From: Alphaproteobacteria bacterium | GTDB taxonomy: Bacteria > Pseudomonadota > Alphaproteobacteria > Bin95 | DNA length: 64,000 nt | NCBI GenBank assembly: GCA_963665325.3 | Contig: CAXXWS020000002.1 | Location: forward strand, 672,001 to 736,000 | Direction of reading: 5' to 3' | Part shown: positions 19,543 through 28,600 of the stretch, one piece after another | Layout: each line of letters starts with the position of its first letter | How positions within the stretch are numbered: the stretch's first letter is position 1 | Program-made: the position numbers and the translations under genes | Notes under the pieces: model-generated | Seen by the model: the letters and a program-made list of their open reading frames with translations, nothing else | The model's database searches: none | What the model was told of the DNA's origin: nothing

Positions 19543-20343
19543 ATGACTGCAATCGTCAGCCTGAACCGCGTAAGCGTCGAGTTCCCGGCGGTGGACGGCG
19601 CGGGCGTGGTGAGGGCGCTCGAAGATGTGAGTCTCGACTTCCGCGACAATGAGTTCGTCGTGGCGCTCGGGGCGTCCGGTTGCGGCAAGACGACATTGCT
19701 CAATGTCATCGCGGGATTCCTGCAGCCGACCTCGGGAGAAATCCTTCACAAGGACGCGCCGATCCGCGGCCCCGGTCCGGACCGCGGCGTGGTCTTCCAG
19801 AAACACGCGCTCCTGCCGTGGCTCAATGTTCTTGAAAACACCGAGTTCGGGCTGAAGCTCCAGGGCGTTGCGAAGGAGGACCGCCTGTCCAGGGCCCGCG
19901 ACTATCTGGCCCTGGTCGGGCTGTCCGACTTCGAGCGCTATCCGATCTACCAGCTTTCCGGGGGCATGCAGCAGCGTGTCGGTCTCGCCCGCGCGCTGAC
20001 CTGCGACCCCGACATGCTGCTCATGGACGAGCCGCTGGGGGCGCTCGATGCGTTCACCCGCGAGAACATGCAGGAGCTTGTTCTCGATGCCTGGAGAAAG
20101 ACCCGGAAGGTTGTATTCTTCATCACCCACAGCGTCGAGGAAGCCCTGTTCATGGCAACCCGGCTGATCGTGATGTCGCCACGACCGGGTCGCATAACGC
20201 ACACCTACGATATCGACTTCTGCGACCGCTTCTTCGAGACCGGCAATGCGCGGGCGATCAAGTCGTCGCCGGACTTCATTGCGCTTCGCGAGGAAGTGCT
20301 GTCGATCATCTACGGCGAAGAAACCGGTGACGGGCTGCCATGA
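19543..20343 (+). CDS. tauB: taurine-type ABC transporter ATP-binding protein
   Basis: GASGCGKTT, LSGGMQQR, MDEPLGALD and ITHSVEEA. Confidence 0.85.
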   Translation: MTAIVSLNRVSVEFPAVDGAGVVRALEDVSLDFRDNEFVVALGASGCGKTTLLNVIAGFLQPTSGEILHKDAPIRGPGPDRGVVFQKHALLPWLNVLENTEFGLKLQGVAKEDRLSRARDYLALVGLSDFERYPIYQLSGGMQQRVGLARALTCDPDMLLMDEPLGALDAFTRENMQELVLDAWRKTRKVVFFITHSVEEALFMATRLIVMSPRPGRITHTYDIDFCDRFFETGNARAIKSSPDFIALREEVLSIIYGEETGDGLP

Positions 20344-21233
20344 TGCGCGGCCTTTTCAAGCGGCGCGGGCCGCAGGCAGTCGAGCAGTACGGCGCGCCGG
20401 GGCAAGGCTCGGGCACGGCGATTAGCGCCGTCACGATCGTCTTGATTCTCGGAGGCTGGTGGGTGGTCACGCAGCTTGGGCTGATCCGGCCCCTGTTCCT
20501 GCCCGCTCCCGAGATGGTGATCTCGAAATTCGCAAAGATCGCCTGTACGGAGCACTATTTCGAGCAGGTGCTTGTCGCGGTCGGCGGTCTGGCGGAGGTC
20601 GGAGCGAAGTGCCACGGTTTCAGCGACCACGCGCTGCACGAGCACATTCTCTGGAGCCTCTACCGCGTCTTCGGCGCCTTCGCCCTTGCCACCGTGACGG
20701 CGGTGCCTATCGGCATCGCGATGGGCATGAACCGCCATGCGCGGGGCGTTTTCGATCCGCCCATCGAGTTCTACCGCCCGATCCCGCCGCTCGCCTACCT
20801 GCCGCTGACGATCATCTGGTTCGGCATCGGCGAGTCCGGCAAGCTGTTCCTCATCTTCCTCGCCTGTTTCGCCCCCATCGCCATCAACGCGCGCGCGGGC
20901 GTGCGCTCGGTCTCCATAGAGCAGATACACGCCGCTTACTCGATGGGAGCGAGCCACCGGCAGGTCCTGCGCCAGGTCGTGCTGAAGGCCGCACTGCCGG
21001 AGATCCTGACGGGCATGCGGGTCGCCATCGCGTTCGGATGGACGACGCTGGTGGCGGCCGAAATGGTGGCCGCCAAGGCGGGCATCGGCGTCATGGTGCT
21101 GAATGCGGCAAGGTTCCTCGCCACCGATATCGTCTTTCTGGGAATCATCGTGATCGGCGCCGTGGCGTTTATTTTCGACCTCATGATGCGCCGGTTCGAA
21201 CGCGCCCTCGTTCCATGGAAGGGCAAGGTATGA
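20340..21233 (+). CDS. tauC: taurine-type ABC transporter permease
   Basis: RPIPPLAYLPL..IWFGIGE and GWTTLVAAE; transmembrane helices. Confidence 0.85.
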   Translation: MMRGLFKRRGPQAVEQYGAPGQGSGTAISAVTIVLILGGWWVVTQLGLIRPLFLPAPEMVISKFAKIACTEHYFEQVLVAVGGLAEVGAKCHGFSDHALHEHILWSLYRVFGAFALATVTAVPIGIAMGMNRHARGVFDPPIEFYRPIPPLAYLPLTIIWFGIGESGKLFLIFLACFAPIAINARAGVRSVSIEQIHAAYSMGASHRQVLRQVVLKAALPEILTGMRVAIAFGWTTLVAAEMVAAKAGIGVMVLNAARFLATDIVFLGIIVIGAVAFIFDLMMRRFERALVPWKGKV

Positions 21234-21943
21234 AGTTGCTCGTCTTCCAGCATGTGGAATGCGAACACCCGGGATCGCTGCGTCGGTTTCTGGCCCGGGA
21301 CGGTGTCCATTGGGACGCGGTCGAACTCGACCGGGGCGAGGCCATCCCCGACCTCGACGGGTATGACGCCCTTTGGGTCATGGGCGGTCCGATGGACGTC
21401 TGGGACATCGAGGACAACCCCTGGCTGGTGGCCGAGAAGGTGGCAATCCGCCAGTGGGTGGCCGAGTTGAAGAAACCCTTTCTGGGCATTTGCCTGGGCC
21501 ACCAATTGCTGGCGGACGCGCTCGGAGGCACCTGCGGCCCGCAAACGCCGCCGGAAATTGGCATTCTGGACATCGAGCTGACGGAGGACGGGCGAAACGA
21601 CCGTCTGATGACGGGGCTGCCCGCTACTCAGAAATGCCTGCAGTGGCATGCGGTTCGGGTTGCCCAGGCGCCGGAGGGAGCAGCCGTCCTCGCGAGGTCT
21701 GCGTTGTCGCCGATTCAGGCGATGCGCGTGAACGAGAATGCCTGGTCGATGCAATACCATGTCGAAGTGGAACCGGACACGGTGGAAAACTGGGCCACGA
21801 TCCCCGACTATCTGGAGGATCTGATCGACGCATTGGGCGACAACGGCGTTGCCGAGTTGCGCGCAGACGCCGAGCAGGAAATGCCCGGGTTCCTGAGCGC
21901 CTCGGAGTCCCTCTACACGAACTTCATGGAAGCCGTCCGATAG
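21230..21943 (+). CDS. type 1 glutamine amidotransferase-like protein
   Basis: Start MKLLVFQHVECEHPG overlaps tauC stop; MGGPM, GICLGHQ and QYHVE. Confidence 0.85.
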   Translation: MKLLVFQHVECEHPGSLRRFLARDGVHWDAVELDRGEAIPDLDGYDALWVMGGPMDVWDIEDNPWLVAEKVAIRQWVAELKKPFLGICLGHQLLADALGGTCGPQTPPEIGILDIELTEDGRNDRLMTGLPATQKCLQWHAVRVAQAPEGAAVLARSALSPIQAMRVNENAWSMQYHVEVEPDTVENWATIPDYLEDLIDALGDNGVAELRADAEQEMPGFLSASESLYTNFMEAVR

Positions 21944-21950
21944 AAGGGCG

Positions 21951-22634
21951 TCAGACCGGGCGGTCGCCCTCCAGAATGATGCGCCAGAGCGTCCGGGAGT
22001 GCTGCCGGTCGTAGTCTCCGTGGGCGCGGTGCATCGCGGCCCGGTTGTCGCAGACGACCATGTCGCCCTGCCGCCAGCTGTGGCGGTAGACGATGCCGTC
22101 CTGGATCGTGCGGTCCAGCAGGTCCTGCAGCAGCGTCTGCGAGGCTTCCGGCTTCATGCCCTCGATGCAGCGGGCCTTGGTGATGTGGAAATAGAGCGCT
22201 CTTGAGCCGTGCTCGGGATGGGTGCGGACCATGGGGTGGATCGCAGGGATATCGTATTTTTCCCAATCCTCGGCGCGCGTGTCGGTCAGGTGGCGGTCGA
22301 GCCCGTTGACCGTCTTCAGCCCTGCAAGGCGCTCCCGCTCGTCCGCATCGAGGCCCGCATAGGCCGCGCGCATGTTCGCGAAACTGGTGTCGCCGCCCTC
22401 GGGCGGGATTTCCACACCGTAGAGGATCGTCGCCTTGGGCGGGCGCTCGCGGTTGGTGTGGTCCGTGTGCCAGCGTTCGGCCGGGCGCTGTCCGTTGCGG
22501 TGCCAGATGCGCCCGATCATCGGTTGGTCCGGCATGTTGTGCTGGCTGTAATGCTGCGCCATCGGTTCGCCGAGCTGCGAGCAGGCCGCCAGATACTCGT
22601 CAGGCGTGAAGTTCTGTTCGCGGAACACCAGCAC
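21951..22634 (-). pseudogene. TauD/TfdA dioxygenase, 3' segment (227 codons) cut off from its 5' end by an integrative element
   Basis: Begins mid-motif (VLVFREQ); intact WHTD, HPMVRTHP and DNRAAMHR; the matching 5' part is at 39133-39268. Confidence 0.9.
22625..22634 (+). repeat. left att core ACACCAGCAC
   Basis: Identical to 39133-39142. Confidence 0.9.
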
Positions 22635-22754
22635 AACGCACCTGCGGTGCTAAGAGGTTGATAAAGCGTCTGTTTTTCCTCGTGCAATTGCAGGTCAGGG
22701 ACAAAAATGCAAGTGCATTTTCCCCCGCCTGCAACAGAACGCAGGAGGGAATCC

Positions 22755-23876
22755 ATGTCCAATGTCCGCCTCAGCCAGAGCCGGGTCGAGGCCCTTGAGG
22801 CCCGGAGAGCGCCATACGACATCCGCGACCGTGACTTGAGGGGCTTCGGCGTCCGGGTCCTGCCCTCTGGCGCCAGGCGATATTTCGTTCACAGCCAGCA
22901 TGAGGGACGACGTTTCTGGAAGACTGTCGGAGACGCCGGCAGCATCGGTCTTGACGAGGCCCGCCGACGGGCGACGGAACTGCTCGCCGCTTTCCGGCGC
23001 GACGAGCCGCCTGCCCTGCCGGAGGAGAGGCTGTTCGAGGCCGTTGCCGAGGAGGTCTTCGACCGCTACGGGCGGCACTGGAAGCCCCGGACCATGAAGG
23101 TCAACCGGAACTATCTGCGCAACCAGATCCTGCCCTGGTTCCGGGGACGGGATATCGCCGACATCGACCGGCAGGATGTGCAAAAGTGGTTCGCCTCGTT
23201 GCGCGCCACGCCCGTGGCGGCCGACCGGTCCGCGCCGGTGCTGTCGGTCATCATGCGCCAGGCCGAGCTTTACGGCTGGCGCCCGGAAGGCAGCAATCCC
23301 TGTGTGGGCATCCGCCGCTACCGGCGCAAGGGACGCGAGCGCTTCCTGTCCGGGCAGGAACTTCTCCGTCTCGGGACCGTGCTCGACAGCCACGAGGCTG
23401 CGCATCCGCGGGAGGTATCGTTCGTCCGCCTGCTGCTGCTGACCGGCTGCCGGGTCAGCGAGATTGCGACCCTCCAGTGGTCCGACTACCGGGAGGGCCG
23501 CCTGTTCCTGCGCGACGGCAAGGCCGGCCCCCGGACTGTGTGGCTGTCCTCGCCCGCGCGCGCCGTGCTGGCCCGGCTTCCCCGGAAGGGAAAGTGGGTT
23601 TTCCCCTCGCCGCAGCGGCGCGGGCCGCTCTCCGTGACGGTCTTCGAGACCTTCTGGCGCCGGGTCCGGCAGGAGGCGGGCATTGCCGACGTGCGGCTTC
23701 ACGATTGCCGCCACACATATGCCAGCATCGCCGTCATGCGGGGCGAAACCGTCACCACGACGGCGCGGCTGCTCGGCCACAACGACGCGGCGACGACGCT
23801 GAAATACGCCCATCTGTCCGACCGTTCGGCGCGCGAGGCTGCCGACGCCCTCGCCGCCATTCTCGGGGAGGTCTGA
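22755..23876 (+). CDS. tyrosine recombinase/integrase 1 with arm-type DNA-binding N-terminal domain
   Basis: RBS GGAGGG; RDRDLRGFGVRVLPSG N-domain; catalytic TGCR, DGK, HDCRH, LLGH and TTLKY. Confidence 0.93.
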   Translation: MSNVRLSQSRVEALEARRAPYDIRDRDLRGFGVRVLPSGARRYFVHSQHEGRRFWKTVGDAGSIGLDEARRRATELLAAFRRDEPPALPEERLFEAVAEEVFDRYGRHWKPRTMKVNRNYLRNQILPWFRGRDIADIDRQDVQKWFASLRATPVAADRSAPVLSVIMRQAELYGWRPEGSNPCVGIRRYRRKGRERFLSGQELLRLGTVLDSHEAAHPREVSFVRLLLLTGCRVSEIATLQWSDYREGRLFLRDGKAGPRTVWLSSPARAVLARLPRKGKWVFPSPQRRGPLSVTVFETFWRRVRQEAGIADVRLHDCRHTYASIAVMRGETVTTTARLLGHNDAATTLKYAHLSDRSAREAADALAAILGEV

Positions 23877-23879
23877 TCC

Positions 23880-25043
23880 ATGCCGGTACGGAAAAGGCTC
23901 ACCGACGCCGGCATTGCGCGGCTCCACCCCGAGACGCGCGAATACACGGTATGGGATACCCGGGTCGCCGGTCTCGGGGTCAGGGTCCGCCCCACCGGCA
24001 GCCGGACCTTCATCTACAGCTTCAAGACGGCCGGCGGCTTGCGGAAATTGTCCTTCGGCCCGGCGGTGCTCGGTAGGGTCGAGGAGGTGCGCCGCGCCTG
24101 TCTTGCGGCGGCGGCCGAGGCTGCAACGGCGGCTGAGACGGACGAGCGGCCCCGCGAGGCAGTGCCGCTCTTCCGGGATTTCGTTGCCGGCCCCTGGAAG
24201 GCGGACCGCTTCGACCGCTGCAAGCCTTCCACGCAGAGGAGCTTCGCCGGCATCCTGAAACGCCAGCTGCTTCCGGCCTTCGGGTCCCGCCGTCTCGACC
24301 GGATTACCCGCAGAATGGCGGTCCGCTGGTTCGAGACCTACAGCAGGACCGCTCCGGGAACGGCCAATGTCGCTCTCGACCTGCTGGGGCAGATATTCCG
24401 CCATGCGCGCGCCTGCGGCCATATTGCCGCCGATCCTGTCAGAGGCATCGCTCGCAATCCCGTGAGGAATCACACCCGGTTCCTGTCCCGCGAGGAAATC
24501 GCCCGGCTTCACCGGGTCCTTGACCGACACGCCGAAGGCTCCGCGTCGCAGGCGCAGCAGGCCGACATCGTCCGCCTGCTGCTGCTCACCGGCTGCCGCA
24601 AGGGCGAAATCCTGCGCCTGCGCCGGGACGAGGTGAAGGAGGATCGGCTGGAACTCGCCGACAGCAAGACCGGGCCGAGAACCGTTCTGCTGAATGCCGG
24701 CGCACGGAAAATCCTGGCGCGCCGCATGGCGCAGGGAGAAGGTCCCTGGGTCTTTCCTTCCGCCGGCGATCCGTCCCGGCATCAGTTCTACGGGCTTCGG
24801 CTCTGGTATGTCGTGAGACGCGAGGCGGGTATTGAGGATGTGCGCCTTCACGACCTTCGCCATACGGTAGCCAGCCAGGCCGTGCTGAACGGCGTGCCCT
24901 TGACCGTCACCGCCCGCCTCCTCGGTCACAGCGACGTGCGCATGACCCTGCGCTACGCGCATGTCGGAGACCGCGAGGTCGAAGCAGCGGCCGAGCGGGT
25001 CGGAGCGGCAATGGCCGCCGCGATGGCGCCTTGCCGCGACTGA
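23880..25043 (+). CDS. tyrosine recombinase/integrase 2 (paralog of integrase 1)
   Basis: WDTRVAGLGVRVRPTG N-domain; TGCR, DSK, HDLRH, LLGH and MTLRY; starts 3 nt after integrase 1. Confidence 0.93.
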   Translation: MPVRKRLTDAGIARLHPETREYTVWDTRVAGLGVRVRPTGSRTFIYSFKTAGGLRKLSFGPAVLGRVEEVRRACLAAAAEAATAAETDERPREAVPLFRDFVAGPWKADRFDRCKPSTQRSFAGILKRQLLPAFGSRRLDRITRRMAVRWFETYSRTAPGTANVALDLLGQIFRHARACGHIAADPVRGIARNPVRNHTRFLSREEIARLHRVLDRHAEGSASQAQQADIVRLLLLTGCRKGEILRLRRDEVKEDRLELADSKTGPRTVLLNAGARKILARRMAQGEGPWVFPSAGDPSRHQFYGLRLWYVVRREAGIEDVRLHDLRHTVASQAVLNGVPLTVTARLLGHSDVRMTLRYAHVGDREVEAAAERVGAAMAAAMAPCRD

Positions 25044-25369
25044 AGGGATGCGTCGCTTTCACCACCGCGCCGCGATTTCCACGCCGACAGTGTGCTGTGG
25101 CGCTTGCGTGCCGCTTTCCCTGCGGGTCGCCTTGAGCCCGAACGACAGGTTGGGCGCGGTTGCGGCTTCCGGTGTCAGCCGCCAGCCGAGGCTGTAGTCG
25201 CGCCCACCGGTGGCGAGGCCGAGGCCCATATGCGGTGCCGGTACAGCGACCGTCGAACGCCGGGAAGCCCCAGGCCGCCTTCATCGACCAGCGCGCCGAC
25301 GCCTCGCTGCTGCCCTCGCGATCCTCCAGCGGCTCCGCCGTGGACAGCGCATCCAGGCCGCCGCCCGCC

Positions 25370-25545
25370 CGCCCCGATCCTGAATCGGGCGCACATCCAG
25401 CCCGAAGCGGTCGGCGAACTTCTGCCGGCTCGGCTTCGTGCGCTTACGCAGCGCGACGATCCGCTAGGCGACAGGGTCGTCCACGATCCGGCAGGGCAAC
25501 GCCGTCTCGCCCCGCAGTGGGGTAGCACCTCGCCTGGCGCCGCAC
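25370..25545 (-). pseudogene. decayed XRE/HigA-like HTH antitoxin
   Basis: Manual translation GETALPCRIVDDPVA*RIVALRKRTKPSRQKFADRFGLDVRPIQD, with an in-frame TAG at 25464-25466 and frame breaks on both sides; boundaries approximate. Confidence 0.6.
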
Positions 25546-25689
25546 TGCTGAAATCGGGCAACCCATTGAGAAACCGCCGATATACAACTTCCCCTTTTTT
25601 GCTTTGGACCCTTCTCAATCGGTCCTTTTGGGTCCAAACTGTCGTCGAAGCGAGATGGGAAACTCTGTCAAGACGGCGGGAGCCAGAAA

Positions 25690-28600
25690 ATGAACATCCG
25701 TACCTTGTTCGGCATATCGGCGGCACTACTCGGTATGCTCCCGATTCAACTGTCACATGCCTATACAGTTCCCGATTCGTTAGTAAACACAGTCAGATAC
25801 TATTACGAATCCAATAAAAACAAATCTCCGACATATGGATGCAATTGGTTTCGCGTACTTATCGCATATGGAGACAAGGAAGCCGGGCATTGGCCTGGCG
25901 GAGGCAGTTGCAGTCTGGTGCCATATACCGTCGCAGAAGCAAAAGCATCTGAATACCAATGGAATGGCTGGACACCCATTCGCGAATCTCTGGAAAAGAT
26001 TGAAGCTGCCCCCCCCCCCCCCGCAGCCTAAGCCCCAACAGGCACAATCTAATACTCCCGTGCCAGAGTTTATTATCACTGGCGGCGGGCAAACAATAAC
26101 AGAAGGTGGATCGGTTACCTTCTATATAAACAAATCAAACACTGCTACTATGACTGGATCGATCACACTCAATATCACCATCACTGGCGGCGATGACTTT
26201 GTACCCAGTAATACCCTAACCGTAATTGTACCCAGTTCCGGTTCCAAATCTTTTACCGTTAATACAGTTCAGGATAGTGTGGATGACCCGGATTCTTCTG
26301 TTGTTACCGTTGCATTGGCAACTGGAACGGGATACACTATCAACAGCCTTTTGAATTCAGTCACATTTACGGTTCAGGATGATGATGCAGTAACGACCCC
26401 CATTCCTCCAAAAACCGTGAACCCCAAGAATTATTGTAACTTCAATACACATTCATATGCTGAAGAAAACATTTGTGTTTATTTAACACTCTCATCCAAT
26501 TCCAGTTCGATAATAGACGAAGGTGATGCGATAACCGCGACAGTATATACTGATAGGAATGTAAAGGATTTCAATGGACTCACTATCAATATCGCTATTG
26601 CCGACAACAACGGATATATAAACGGTGTAGTCCCGAGCTCTATCCATATCCCCCGCTTCAAAGGCAAGGCAACATTTACACTGAATACAGAAGATGATAA
26701 TATAGACGAAAACGATGGTGTGATTAAGGTCAGTATTTCTCCGGGAGCGGGTTATTTATTGACAGATGACGGACGCAATGAATTTGAAATTAATGTGCGT
26801 GACAACGATATAGGCCCGCCTCCGGTAATTACCATCAGCAGTCTTGGCGATATTACGGAAGGCAATCAGGCCAGATTCAATGTCGTGGCAACGCCCACTC
26901 CAAAAGGTCCTGTTGTGGTATATTACACGGTATCTCGCACAGGAGACTTTGACAATTATGGCGGCAAAGTCTATCTGAAAGCTATTACCAAATACGATAC
27001 ATTATTGTCCTTGGATACCGTAAACGACGCTGCAGATGAGCCCGACGGTTCCATCACTGTCACACTACAGGAAGACGATGAAGACGGATACGACTTGTCG
27101 GCCTATTATACATTATCCTCAACTAAAGCGGCTACCGTTGCAGTCAAAGATGATGATCTTTCAGAAGCAAACAAACTGGTTGAGAATGCCTGCGTTTCCG
27201 ACGCCATGAAAAACCGTGTAAAATACTACATCTCTGAAGTCCGCAGAGGCGCCGCCCATGTGTTGAAATGGAAAAATGCATTAAACATCCTCAGCGGTAA
27301 TGATAGCACCAAGGCGTTGGAAGATTTGCGAATCAGTGCCAAAGCCCAAAAAGATAGAGGCTGGTCGAGATGGGATGAAATTCATAAAGCGGTTGTCTGT
27401 ATGCAAGGTGCTTCTGGTGAACCCGTACTTGTGTTGGCAAGCGATGGCAATATTGTTACCGAAGGCAATACCGCTTCGGTAACGGTGAGTGGGTCACTGG
27501 CTTTCAGTTCCCCAACCGATATAGCGCTGTATATTAGCGGTGACTTCGTGACTGACAGTCCTCTGACATGTCAATTCCCCGCCGGTCAAACTGCACATGC
27601 ATGCGCAATAGTCACGAACGCAGCTAATGGCACCATAGATGCCGATGGCACTTTCAAAGTGGAGTTGAAGCCTGGAGCAGGATATATACTCGGCGATACA
27701 AATATCGTCAACATACCAGTTGCCGATGCCGACACCCCTACAATCACCATAAAGCAGATACCTGGCTCGGACGTTGTCACGGAAGGTGGGACGGCGAGCT
27801 TCAATTTTTATACTACCGATACCAGTAAGGCATCTTCTGTGAAGGTGAAGATTGTGGATGGCGCAAACTTTGTCTCCAGCGGCCAGGCTGGAACCAGAAC
27901 GGTGAATGTAGGTCCCGGCGGCGACGGAGGAGTTGGCAGTATAAGTGACCCATCAGTTTTAACCGTAGTTACCGACAATGATAGCGTTCCTGAATCCCCG
28001 AGCAGGATTACCGCTACTATTCAGCAAGGTTCTGGTTACAGGGTAGGCGCGGTTTATACTACCCGTGTCGCAGTCCAGGATGACTCAGATGGTGGCAGCC
28101 GCCATAACGTGAATAGCTATTATCTTGAAGGCTGCGATGAGGATCACCAGAACTGTAACCTGGTGGAATCTGAGACATTCACTTCGGCGGAATGTTTTAC
28201 AGCTCAATCAGTCCGAAAAAACAAATATGTGTTGCCGAGTGCCACTACCATTGAAAACAGCGCATATACTCTGAATCAGATCCGCGGCGCAGGCAGCGCC
28301 GTCGACTACGGCAAGCGTCCTACAGGCAGTCCGCACTTCCCCGCAAACAGAACGAAGTATGCGGCGGAGTTCGTTTATCCCGACGGCAAGGACTACTTCT
28401 CGGAGGACGAAGAAGTAACCGTGCGGTTTTATGTGGCAAACTATAATCCCAACTACCCGAATAGAGATGACAACTATGAGCAACCCACAGAAGGCTATCT
28501 ATGCTCGAAGGATAAAAACGGGACTATCAAGAAGGATTCCCGCTGGGTAAACGATTGGAAATGGGGTCCGGGTGGAGTCCAGGCTCCCGCGAGCCAACCT

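Noticed and set aside
25835-26008. ATG 25835 as the true start of the 2156-aa protein
   Set aside because: No signal peptide or RBS; the overlapping frame from 25690 has both and joins at the poly-C tract.
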